This document shows, in pieces, positions 17,024-25,274 of a stretch of DNA of 63,260 nt. The notes below the pieces were generated by a model. It saw only the letters and a list, made by a program, of their open reading frames with translations, had not been told where the DNA came from and ran no database searches. Origin of the DNA: Myxococcales bacterium (GTDB lineage Bacteria; Myxococcota; Myxococcia; Myxococcales; UBA5297); assembly GCA_031262165.1 (NCBI GenBank), contig JAISIF010000213.1:1-63260 (forward strand), written 5' to 3'. The position numbers and the translations under genes are program-made. The stretch's first letter is position 1; each line of letters starts with the position of its first letter.

Positions 17024-18949
17024 TCAGAGATCCAATTCCCCGGCCTCCCCTGCCCTGTCCGTGATGAAGCGAAACCGCGCGCTCGCATCCTTGCCCATCA
17101 AATCGTTGATGATGCGATCGGTCGTGAGCTCGTCATCGATGCTGACCTTGAGCGAGATGCGCTTCTTGGGATCGAGCGTCGTGGACTTGAGCTCTTCGGC
17201 GTGCATCTCACCCAGCCCCTTGAAGCGCTGGATGTTGGGTTTTGCCCGGCCCACTGCCTTGGTCTTGACGATGCGATCGCGCTGGGCGTCGTCGAGTGCC
17301 CAATAGGTCTCTTTGCCAATGTCGATTCGATAGAGCGGCGGCTGGCAGATGAACACGCGCCCCGCATCGATGAGCGGCTTCATGTGTCGATAGAAAAACG
17401 TGAGCAAGAGCGTGGCAATGTGGTGACCGTCCGAGTCGGCATCGGTGAGCAGGAACACGCGGCCATAGCGCAGACGTGACAGATCGCAGTCGCGACCAAT
17501 GCCGCAGCCAAGGGCCTGGGCAATGTCCTGGTATTCGCGATTGCCCGACACGCGGCTGCCAGAGGCCTGCTCCGCGTTGAGGACCTTGCCTCTGAGCGGC
17601 AGGATGGCTTGCGTGGCGCGATCGCGGCCCTGCTTGGCCGTGCCACCGGCCGAGTCACCCTCGACGAGGAAGAGCTCACACTCCTCGGCATTGTTCGACG
17701 AGCAGTCGGCGAGTTTTCCAGGCAGGTTCAGGCGCCGCTGCACTGCGCTCTTGCGCGTCACCTGCTGCGCGGCTGCTCGCGACGCCTCTCTGGCACGCGC
17801 CGCCAGGATGATTCGGGCGAGGATCGATTCCGCCGTGCTCTTGTTGTCGTTGAGCCACTTTTCGAGTGCAGGGCGAATGGCCGCGTCGACCTGTGCCGTC
17901 ACTTCGGGGTTGTTCAGGCGCGCCTTGGTCTGACCCTGGAACTGGGGCTCGGCCACGTAGATGGAGAGCACGCTCACCAGGCCCTCGCGGATGTCCTCGG
18001 GCGAGAGCGTGACACCCTTGGGCGAGAGCTTGTGCGTGTCGATGAAGTTGCGGACTGCCTTGAGCACTGCCGTGCGCAGACCTGACTCATGCGTGCCGCC
18101 ATCGCCCGTCGGAACACTGTTCACGTAGGATCGGATCGACTCGTCGGTGGCCTCGGTCCACGCAAGCGCGACCTCCACGCCAAGATCGCCCTGCTTCGAG
18201 AAGTAAAAGGTGCTCGCGCCCTGCGGGACGATCGGGTGGCCACGCTGGGCGATGAGCTTGCCGAGGTATTCGCCGATGCCGCCCTCGTGGACAAAGGTCT
18301 CTTCGGTGGCGGGCAGCGCCGTCTCGTCGCGGAAGGTCAGCGTGAGCCCCTTGTGCAGGTAACTCTTCGACTCGAGCCGATCGCGCACCTCGGCCACGCT
18401 GAAGGCGAGCTTGTCGCCAAAGATATCGGGATCGGGATCGAAAACGATCTTGGTGCCATGGCCGCGACAAGGGCCCAGATCGGTGAGCTTCGAGGTTGGC
18501 TTGCCCGCGGCAAAGGTCTGCTCGAAGCGATGCCCATCGCGCCGAACTTGCGCCACGAAGCGCTTGGAAAGTGCATTGACGACCGACGAGCCGACGCCGT
18601 GCAGGCCACCCGAGCACTTGTAGTTGCCTGTCTCGAACTTTCCGCCCGCGTGCAGCGTGGTGAGGATGACCTCGAGCGCCGACTTCTTGAGCTTGGGCAT
18701 CTCGTCGACCGGGATGCCACGACCGTCGTCCTCGACCGTGATCGAGCGAGCGCCCTTGTGGAGCGTGACGTCGATGCGCGTCGCAAAGCCGTTGATGGCC
18801 TCGTCCACCGAGTTGTCGAGGATCTCCCAGAGCAGGTGGTGGTAGCCGGTCGAACCCGTGCCTCCGATGTACATGGCCGGCCGCTTTCGGACGGGCTCGA
18901 GCCCCTCGAGAACGGTGATGTCGCTGGCGTTGTAGCTGCGTGAGGCCAT
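17024..18949 (-). CDS. parE: Type IIA DNA topoisomerase subunit B, short form (probably topoisomerase IV ParE; GyrB not excluded)
   Basis: 641 aa. [86 protein letters not shown] and [12 protein letters not shown]. It lacks the ~170-aa insertion typical of proteobacterial GyrB and is not next to dnaA/dnaN/recF. Confidence 0.85.
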   Translation of the reverse strand: MASRSYNASDITVLEGLEPVRKRPAMYIGGTGSTGYHHLLWEILDNSVDEAINGFATRIDVTLHKGARSITVEDDGRGIPVDEMPKLKKSALEVILTTLHAGGKFETGNYKCSGGLHGVGSSVVNALSKRFVAQVRRDGHRFEQTFAAGKPTSKLTDLGPCRGHGTKIVFDPDPDIFGDKLAFSVAEVRDRLESKSYLHKGLTLTFRDETALPATEETFVHEGGIGEYLGKLIAQRGHPIVPQGASTFYFSKQGDLGVEVALAWTEATDESIRSYVNSVPTGDGGTHESGLRTAVLKAVRNFIDTHKLSPKGVTLSPEDIREGLVSVLSIYVAEPQFQGQTKARLNNPEVTAQVDAAIRPALEKWLNDNKSTAESILARIILAARAREASRAAAQQVTRKSAVQRRLNLPGKLADCSSNNAEECELFLVEGDSAGGTAKQGRDRATQAILPLRGKVLNAEQASGSRVSGNREYQDIAQALGCGIGRDCDLSRLRYGRVFLLTDADSDGHHIATLLLTFFYRHMKPLIDAGRVFICQPPLYRIDIGKETYWALDDAQRDRIVKTKAVGRAKPNIQRFKGLGEMHAEELKSTTLDPKKRISLKVSIDDELTTDRIINDLMGKDASARFRFITDRAGEAGELDL

Positions 18950-19336
18950 CGGGATTTCCTTCGGAAAAGTCGGCGGAGCGCGGGTCTAGGTGAGTTGGGG
19001 GGGGGAGGGCAGGGCGAGATCGGCGCGGCGCGAGATCGAGCTCACGCTTGGCCGTGGCGGAGGACGCCTTCCTCTGAAATGAAATTCCCCGCCCACGCCC
19101 TGTGCGAGGCGCGGCGGGGAGCTGAATCGATGGGATTCGATGGAGTCGAGTCGAGACAGGACCCTGTGGACCTCGATCTCGCCCTCGTTCGATCGAGCGA
19201 TCGTCTGGATCGCACGAGATCGACTGGGCACCCCGGCTCGGCATGGCGTTGCGACATGGCGTCGCTGTTGACGGAGTCGATCGCGGTGCCGACGAGAGGC
19301 GGATGAGGTCAGTGAGAGCCCTCGTTTGGCTTGCCC

Positions 19337-20338
19337 CTACTTCGCGAGCGCCTCTTGGATCGAGACGGCCACGGCGACCGTGGCGCCGACCATGGGGTTA
19401 TTGCCCATGCCGAGGAAGCCCATCATCTCGACGTGCGCCGGGACCGAGCTGGAGCCCGCGAACTGCGCGTCGGAGTGCATCCGGCCCATCGTGTCGGTCA
19501 TGCCGTAGGAGGCGGGACCAGCAGCCATGTTGTCCGGGTGCAGCGTGCGGCCCGTGCCGCCACCCGAGGCGACCGAGAAATACTTCCGACCCAGCTCCGT
19601 GCATTCCTTCTTGTAGGTGCCAGCGACCGGGTGCTGGAAGCGCGTGGGATTCGTGGAGTTGCCCGTGATCGACACGTCCACCTTCTCGTGGTGCATGATC
19701 GCCACGCCCTCGCGGACGTCGTCGGCGCCGTAGCAGCGGACCTTGGCGCGCTCGCCATTCGAGTAGGCCTTGGTGCGAACGACGTTCAGCTTGCCCGTGG
19801 CGTAGTCGAACTCGGTCTGGACGTAGGTGAAGCCATTGATGCGGCTGATGATGAGCGCCGCGTCCTTGCCCAGGCCGTTCAGGATGACCTGGAGCGGCTC
19901 GCTGCGCACGCGGTTGGCCGAGCGGGCGATGCCGATGGCGCCCTCGGCGGCCGCGAACGACTCGTGTCCCGCCAAGAACGCGAAGCACTTGGTCTCCTCG
20001 CGCAAGAGGCGCGCGGCCAGGTTGCCGTGGCCAATGCCGACCTTGCGATCGTCGGCGACCGAGCCAGGGATGCAGAAGGCCTGGAGGCCTTCGCCTATCG
20101 CCACGGCCGCATCCGCAGCGCTCGTCGCGTTCTTGCTGATCGCGATGGCAGCACCGACCACATAGGCCCACGCCGCGTTCTCGAACGCGATGGGCTGGAT
20201 CTCCTTGCACATGGAATAGGGGTCGATCCCCTTGCTGGCGCACAGCGCCTTGGCCGCGTCGAGCGACTCGATGCCGTTCGCCTTCAGCGCGGCGTTCACC
20301 TGTTCGATGCGCCGCTCGTAACTCTCAAAAAGTGCCAT
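19337..20338 (-). CDS. GGGtGRT-family protein (uncharacterised conserved family)
   Basis: 333 aa with the eponymous motif SVASGGGTGRTLHPDNMAAGPASYGMTDTMGRMHSD. It sits 12 nt downstream of an IscU/NifU-N-like gene, the usual partner of this family. Confidence 0.8.
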   Translation of the reverse strand: MALFESYERRIEQVNAALKANGIESLDAAKALCASKGIDPYSMCKEIQPIAFENAAWAYVVGAAIAISKNATSAADAAVAIGEGLQAFCIPGSVADDRKVGIGHGNLAARLLREETKCFAFLAGHESFAAAEGAIGIARSANRVRSEPLQVILNGLGKDAALIISRINGFTYVQTEFDYATGKLNVVRTKAYSNGERAKVRCYGADDVREGVAIMHHEKVDVSITGNSTNPTRFQHPVAGTYKKECTELGRKYFSVASGGGTGRTLHPDNMAAGPASYGMTDTMGRMHSDAQFAGSSSVPAHVEMMGFLGMGNNPMVGATVAVAVSIQEALAK

Positions 20339-20350
20339 GGGTCGTTCTCC

Positions 20351-21043
20351 TCATTCCGCGCGGGGGTCGATGTATTTCGCCGCTTCCTTGAACCGCCCGT
20401 AGGAGCCCGTGGCCTTCTTGAGCGCCTCACCCGCGTCGGTTCCCTTCTTCACCATCTCCATCATCTTGCCGAGATGGACGAACTCGTAGCCGATGACCTC
20501 GTCGTCCGCGTCGAGCGCGACGCGCGTGACGTAGCCCTCGGCCATCTCCAGGTAGCGCGGCCCTTTGGCCAGCGTCCCGAACATGGTGCCGACCTGGCTG
20601 CGCAGGCCCTTGCCCAGGTCTTCGAGCCCAGCGCCGATGGGCAGGCCATCCTCGCTGAATGCGCTCTGCGTGCGGCCATAGACGATCTGCAAGAAGAGCT
20701 CGCGCATGGCCGTGTTGATGGCGTCACACACGAGGTCCGTGTTGAGCGCTTCGAGAATCGTCTTGCCCGGCAGGATCTCCGAGGCCATCGCCGCCGAGTG
20801 CGTCATGCCCGAGCAGCCGAGCGTCTCGACGAGCGCCTCCTGGATGATGCCAGCCTTGACGTTGAGGGTCAGCTTGCAGGCGCCCTGCTGCGGCGCGCAC
20901 CAGCCCACGCCGTGCGTGAGGCCGAAGATGTCTTTGATTTCTTTGGCTCGGGTCCACAGCCCTTCCTGCGGAATCGGGGCAGATGGATGGTTCGCGCCTT
21001 TGGCAACGCGGCACATCGCGTCCACTTCATGAGAAAAGTTCAT
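20351..21043 (-). CDS. IscU/NifU N-terminal-domain-like scaffold protein with a C-terminal extension
   Basis: 230 aa from ATG 21043, with AGGAG upstream. The track ORF to 21436 runs through repeat elements. Cys-containing segments GVGWCAPQQGACKLTL and ETLGCSGMTHSAAMASE resemble the IscU cluster-ligand motifs. Confidence 0.75.
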   Translation of the reverse strand: MNFSHEVDAMCRVAKGANHPSAPIPQEGLWTRAKEIKDIFGLTHGVGWCAPQQGACKLTLNVKAGIIQEALVETLGCSGMTHSAAMASEILPGKTILEALNTDLVCDAINTAMRELFLQIVYGRTQSAFSEDGLPIGAGLEDLGKGLRSQVGTMFGTLAKGPRYLEMAEGYVTRVALDADDEVIGYEFVHLGKMMEMVKKGTDAGEALKKATGSYGRFKEAAKYIDPRAE

Positions 21044-21216
21044 CGTGTGATCACTCCTGTGAGCGCTTTCGTCAGATAGGCCCAAAACGCTCGAAAAAGG
21101 CCAGACAGTCCGGGCCGACGGATCCACCACCAGGGGACCAGGCTCCGGGCCGGAATCAGCGGCGCGGCGCCCTAGCAGCAACGATTTGCGCGCGCAACCA
21201 GGCAGGGGGGGAGGAC

Positions 21217-21423
21217 CAGGGCAATCGAGTTCTAAATTTACTTGACAGCCAAACATCGCCAGACGGGCCTTTGAGTAACTCCAAGCAGGTGTTCGAGAAC
21301 TCTGTTTCACTCTGAAAAAGAAAAATCGAACCAACGGCGCCAACCCCAAAATGCTGCCCTTCAAGGCCTGCTTGGTTAGAACTCGATTGCCCTGGGGGGA
21401 GGACGCAGGGCAATCGAGTTCTA
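21217..21423. repeat. Family B inverted-repeat structures (18-bp arms TAGAACTCGATTGCCCTG / CAGGGCAATCGAGTTCTA)
   Basis: An arm at 21217-34 and its complement at 21377-94 bracket a 142-bp lower-GC segment. A second perfect hairpin, 21377-21394 / 21406-21423, has an 11-nt loop. Confidence 0.8.
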
Positions 21424-21572
21424 AGGGCTTATCCATTGATGAGGACCGATCAACGCGAAGACCGAGGAATGCCAGACGAGGCGCGAGGCAGGGGCATCCA
21501 GACGGAAGCGACCATCGAAGGCTGGCGTTTCACGGACGAGCGGGGCGACGGGATAATTGAGGGATAAGCCCT
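21424..21572 (-). repeat. MITE-like element, family A, copy 2 (149 bp)
   Basis: Ends are AGGGCTTATCCATTGAT and AATTGAGGGATAAGCCCT. The core GAAGGCTGGCGTTTCACGGACGAGCGGGGCGACGGGA is the reverse complement of the copy 1 core. It ends 10 nt from the ruvA stop. Confidence 0.85.
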
Positions 21573-21582
21573 GAATCGACGA

Positions 21583-22203
21583 TCACCCGCGCGCGAGGCG
21601 CAGGGCCTCTTTCACGAGGGACTCTATGGTGGCGTCTTTTCCCAGGCTCTGTTCGGCCTTGTCGGCCAGTCGCTCGGCCTGGGCTGGTTTGTAGCCGAGG
21701 CTGGTGAGGGCCGTGACGAGATCGCTCTCGCGGGACGAGATCGCGCGTTCGATGCGCATCGGGCCGCCGCCGGTCTGGCCTGTTGCCTTGTCTGGCAAGA
21801 GCGGCGTGACCTTGTCCTTGAGTTCGAGCACGATGCGCTCGGCGGTCTTCTTCCCCACGCCGTGGAGCTTCGTAAGCCGCCCTGTGTCACCCGAGGCGAT
21901 GGCCTTGGCGAGGTCACCAGGTTCGAGCCCAGAGAGGATGTTCATCGCGGCCTTGGGGCCGACCTGTGAGACGGACATGAGCAGGCGGAACAGGTCTTCC
22001 TCGGCCACGGTCAGGAAGCCATAGAGGTCGAGGGCATCTTCGCGAACGATGGTGCGGATGCGCAGCGCGATGGGATCGCCCTCGGGCGGCAGGCGTGCCT
22101 GGGCCATGAGCGAGATGGCGACGCGGTAGCCCACGCCGTGGACATCGATGACGACCTCGTCGAGGCGCTTTTCGGACAGGGTTCCCTGCAGGGACGCGAT
22201 CAT
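21583..22203 (-). CDS. ruvA: Holliday junction branch-migration complex subunit RuvA
   Basis: 206 aa. MIASLQGTL...VIDVHGVGYRV, LYGFLTVAEEDLFRLLMSVSQVGPKAAMNILS and LTKLHGVGKKTAERIVLELKDK (HhH motifs). Confidence 0.95.
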   Translation of the reverse strand: MIASLQGTLSEKRLDEVVIDVHGVGYRVAISLMAQARLPPEGDPIALRIRTIVREDALDLYGFLTVAEEDLFRLLMSVSQVGPKAAMNILSGLEPGDLAKAIASGDTGRLTKLHGVGKKTAERIVLELKDKVTPLLPDKATGQTGGGPMRIERAISSRESDLVTALTSLGYKPAQAERLADKAEQSLGKDATIESLVKEALRLARG

Positions 22204-22302
22204 GAAGGATCTCCACCCGATCGAGGCTGAGCGTCGGGCGCGCCCTCATTGGCGGGATTCACGGGAGAGTCAATGGGCGCCTTCGAATCCACCCGCGATC
22301 CC

Positions 22303-22329
22303 ATTCATTCATTCATTCATTCATTCATT
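22303..22329. repeat. Tetranucleotide microsatellite (ATTC)6+ATT
   Basis: Read directly: ATTCATTCATTCATTCATTCATTCATT, about 100 nt upstream of the ruvA start and at the edge of the AT-rich islet. Confidence 0.95.
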
Positions 22330-22466
22330 TTCATCCTCTTCAGAAACGAAACCCAAAATCCGCTGAGAATCCATTCCTTCTCGAGACGATTTCGGATTGA
22401 AATGAATCCTGAAACATCTCTTCAAAAAAAGGCCATCTCATAGAATCCCCATAAAAACTTTATAGT

Positions 22467-22644
22467 CGTATAAAAAGCATCACCAACATCTTGAGTATTC
22501 ATAGAGGGCTGACTCTAGTGATTCATATTGTAAAACATTATCACGTAGCCACCTCTTGAAATTTGCCCATGTCTTTTCGTGAGTAAAGCATGATTGACCG
22601 CGGTGTTGTTGGGAGTTCCCTTTTAGCGTTTCTTCTTTATGCGG
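22467..22644 (+). repeat. AT-rich duplicated module, unit 1
   Basis: Aligns with 22781-22939 and carries a 17-nt insertion relative to unit 2. The near-identical core GCCACCTCTTGAAATTTGCCCATGTCTTTTCGTGAGTAAAGCATG ends at the ATG at 22590. Confidence 0.85.
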
Positions 22645-22787
22645 ATATATCTTATGCCTCATATAGGAAAACACTATATCATTCGTGCGATCCAACTTAT
22701 ATCTTCGAAAAATTCCAAGATTTAGGATTCCTCAGAAAAGCCTCCATCCCTGTTTGGGGTGATTGGTTGATGATTATGATCGTGTAA
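22590..22787 (+). CDS. Hypothetical small hydrophobic peptide (65-aa ORF; only the first ~20 aa are conserved with unit 2)
   Basis: MIDRGVVGSSLLAFLLYADI... The start codon and frame are conserved with the 21-aa ORF at 22885, and substitutions preserve hydrophobic character. There is no convincing SD, so the call is speculative. Confidence 0.25.
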   Translation: MIDRGVVGSSLLAFLLYADISYASYRKTLYHSCDPTYIFEKFQDLGFLRKASIPVWGDWLMIMIV

Positions 22788-22939
22788 AAAGAATTGCCGA
22801 CATCTTGGGTAGGTGATTTATATCGTAAAATATTAACACACTGCCACCTCTTGAGATTTGCCCATGTCTTTTCGTGAGTAAAGCATGACTGACCTCGGTG
22901 TTATTGGGTGTGCCTTCTTGGGGTTGCTTTTTTATATGG
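22781..22939 (+). repeat. AT-rich duplicated module, unit 2
   Basis: CGTGTAAAAAGAATTGCCGACATCTTGGGTAGGTGATTTATATCGTAAAATATTAACACACTGCCACCTCTTGAGATTTGCCCATGTCTTTTCGTGAGTAAAGCATG..., a direct repeat of unit 1 offset by 314 bp. Confidence 0.85.
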
Positions 22940-22950
22940 CTATAAAATGA
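22885..22950 (+). CDS. Hypothetical 21-aa hydrophobic peptide MTDLGVIGCAFLGLLFYMAIK
   Basis: Found by hand translation; it is too short for the ORF track. It is the paralogue of the N-terminus of the 22590 ORF. Speculative. Confidence 0.25.
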   Translation: MTDLGVIGCAFLGLLFYMAIK

Positions 22951-23004
22951 AGGCATCCTTTGATTGATATATTTTGAATATCAGCAAATCGAATCACAGC
23001 CGAA

Positions 23005-23370
23005 TCACAGCCGAATCATCTCGCCGTCATCGCCGCCCATGAGCCCTCTTCGAACAGTGGCGATTCGCTCGCGCCTCTCGCGGATGGCGCGCTCGTCTTC
23101 AAAGACACAGCTGCCGCGCGAGCAGTCGGGTGCCTCATGAGGCGCGGCCTTCAGATCGAAGAACGCCATGCCCTCGCGAGCGCCATCGGGGAGCGCGCTC
23201 GTAGGGATCTCTCGAAGCGCGCCTTTGGGATCGATGAGCACGGCGCTCGCTTCTTCAATGAGGTCGATGAACCAGAGTGTTCGAGGCATCGGCGTCATCG
23301 ATCCTGCTGGTCCTGCATCTGGCGCACAGGCCGCGAGCGCCAGGAGCAGGGCTGCGATGGGTCGTCTCAT
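23005..23370 (-). CDS. Lipoprotein, DUF3006-like
   Basis: 121 aa from ATG 23370, with AAGGAGG 6 nt upstream. Signal peptide plus lipobox: MRRPIAALLLALAAC. WFIDLIEEASAVLIDPKG...IPTSALPDGAREGMAF resembles the DUF3006 pattern. An 11-bp tandem repeat (CGAATCACAGC x2.7, 22990-23020) spans its stop codon. Confidence 0.65.
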   Translation of the reverse strand: MRRPIAALLLALAACAPDAGPAGSMTPMPRTLWFIDLIEEASAVLIDPKGALREIPTSALPDGAREGMAFFDLKAAPHEAPDCSRGSCVFEDERAIRERRERIATVRRGLMGGDDGEMIRL

Positions 23371-23399
23371 GACATGCCTCCTTTCGACTCGCTCACAAC

Positions 23400-24080
23400 T
23401 CACAGCTCAGAGAACAGGCCCGCGTTGACGAGGCTGACGAAGCGGCCTTCGCCGATGATGACGTGGTCGAGTGGCACGACTCCGAGGAGCTCGCAGGCGC
23501 GTTTGAGCCGCCGCGTGACGGACAGATCATCGTTAGAGGGGGCTGGATCGCCGCTCGGGTGGTTGTGGACGAAGATGACAGCGTGACTCTGCAGCCGAAT
23601 GGCCTCGACCAGCGCCTCGCGCGGCTCGATGCCGCAGGTGGCGGCGCCGCCGATGGCGACCAAGGCGTCGCGCAAGAGTAGGTGACGCGCGTCGAGACAC
23701 ATGACGTGGAAGCGCTCGTGCGAGAGGTGCGACAGGCGGGGCGCGTAGAACTCGAAGACCGACTGGACGCCGGTCACGAGGAAGCGCTGTCGCCTGGGCA
23801 TTTGGGCGCGCGCGCCGAACTCCACCGCCGCCACGAGCGTGCAGGCCAGCGACAGGCTCATGCCCTTTCGAGACGCGAGATCCGCGAGCGAAGCGCGTCG
23901 CAGTGTGGCCAGGTCGCCGTAGTGATCGATGAGCTCCGCGGCGCGCTCCAGGGCGGTCATGCCGTCGGAGCGCCCTTCGAGGAGCATCGCGAGCAGCTCC
24001 TCGTTCGCGAGCGCCGACTCACCGTGGAGCAGCAGCTTTTCGCGCTGCGCGTCCATCTCCCACAATTCGAGGTTGCGCAT
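23400..24080 (-). CDS. radC: RadC-family (UPF0758) JAB/MPN-domain protein
   Basis: 226 aa. N-terminal HhH-like region LANEELLAMLLEGRS...LATLRRASLADLASRKGMS. JAMM motif HNHPSGDPAPSNDDLSVTRRL. Good RBS (AAGGAGAGG). Confidence 0.9.
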   Translation of the reverse strand: MRNLELWEMDAQREKLLLHGESALANEELLAMLLEGRSDGMTALERAAELIDHYGDLATLRRASLADLASRKGMSLSLACTLVAAVEFGARAQMPRRQRFLVTGVQSVFEFYAPRLSHLSHERFHVMCLDARHLLLRDALVAIGGAATCGIEPREALVEAIRLQSHAVIFVHNHPSGDPAPSNDDLSVTRRLKRACELLGVVPLDHVIIGEGRFVSLVNAGLFSEL

Positions 24081-24400
24081 GGTTGCCTCTCCTTTCGTCT
24101 CCCAGAGGGAGCAAGGGGAGGGATTCCACGCGGGGTGCCAGGCCAGGGCGCGCGCGAACCTCGAATGAACGCCAGCGCTGGCACTGGGTGGCGATGGATG
24201 GGCTCAGCGCTGATCTGGAACAGGACCGTTCCTGTTTGGAAAAGCGGCGCGTCACTTCGCGACAGGCCCTGCTTGACCCCGAGTCTGGATTGCTGGATGC
24301 GGCGCGCCTTCGAGCGGCCTCTCTTCGTCGCGTCAATTCATCGTCGCGTCCACGTGAGGCGAGGCATCCATCACCCATCATCAGAGGTGAAAGACAGGGC

Positions 24401-24919
24401 ATGCGCATTCTCGGCATCGATCCAGGGACGCAGTATCTGGGCGCGGGCATCGTCGAGCGGGAGGGCAGCCGCGTTCGGCACGTGGCACACGCCCTTCTGA
24501 CTCCCAAGGACTTCGACACCCTGCCGGACAAGCTCGCCTATCTGTTCGATGGCCTGACCGAGATCATCGAGGCTCACAGGCCCGAGGTCGCCTCGATTGA
24601 GACCGTCTTTCACGGCAAGAATGCCCATTCGGCCATCGTGCTGGCCCACGCGCGCGGCGTCGCGCTTTTGGCCGCGGCCAGAGCCGATCTGCCTGTCTTC
24701 GAATACGCGCCCGCCCAGGTGAAGCGCGCCGTCGGGGCCTCGGGCAGCGCGGCCAAAGAGGTGGTGACGCGGCTCGTCTGCTCGATCCTCGCTCTGGAAA
24801 CGGTCGAGCGAGCCGATTGTGCCGACGCGCTCGCCGTTGCCCTGTGCCATCTGAACCACGCCGCCCCTCTGGTTCGGCCCTCGGTCGGCTATCGCATCGT
24901 CCGACGAGACATCGGGTGA
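24401..24919 (+). CDS. ruvC: Crossover junction endodeoxyribonuclease RuvC
   Basis: 172 aa from ATG 24401. MRILGIDPGTQYLGAGIVE, EVASIETVFHGKNAHSAIVLAHARG, YAPAQVKRAV and ADALAVALCHLNH. The ORF-track start at 24083 is an over-extension. Confidence 0.93.
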   Translation: MRILGIDPGTQYLGAGIVEREGSRVRHVAHALLTPKDFDTLPDKLAYLFDGLTEIIEAHRPEVASIETVFHGKNAHSAIVLAHARGVALLAAARADLPVFEYAPAQVKRAVGASGSAAKEVVTRLVCSILALETVERADCADALAVALCHLNHAAPLVRPSVGYRIVRRDIG

Positions 24920-25274
24920 GGGCTGGTCTGCCCAAACCATTCGGCGACACATCGGCATTGCGAGTGGCGAGCGTTCCTACCGACCTCGCTTCGGTGGGAT
25001 TCTGGAACAGGTCTATCGACGAGCAAACTCAACCAATAGAAATGGATTGCTTCGTCACTTCGGGTCTCTAATGACGATTCGATACTTTTCCGCAAACACA
25101 TCATTATTAGCGATCGAAGCAAAACAATCCGTTGTCCATCACAAACTCAATGACGGATCATTGTTCCATCGCATCTAAGGGGCCATGAATGGCGCCCATG
25201 TCTTTCGTCTCATGGGAAAGTGCTGGTGAAAGACCTCATTGACGCTCTCGCCAAGCTCGCTCATTAGTGCCCCC

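Noticed and set aside
17024-18949. Calling this gene gyrB
   Set aside because: At 641 aa it lacks the large insertion typical of proteobacterial GyrB, and it lies away from dnaA/dnaN/recF, which favours ParE. The distinction cannot be made with certainty without phylogeny, hence the hedged call.
22480-22956. Minus-strand ORFs 22480-22695 (71 aa) and 22774-22956 (60 aa) in the AT-rich islet
   Set aside because: They cover homologous DNA in the two repeat units but in different reading frames, and each unit has stops in the other's frame. The minus-strand coding is therefore not conserved. The plus-strand ATG and hydrophobic peptide are conserved.
24920-25274. Lower-GC 350-bp ruvC-downstream spacer as a possible sRNA or small gene
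   Set aside because: I found no conserved repeat, convincing promoter/terminator pair or credible ORF (24889-25122(-) is compositionally odd with no RBS). I left it unannotated. Transcriptomics would be needed.
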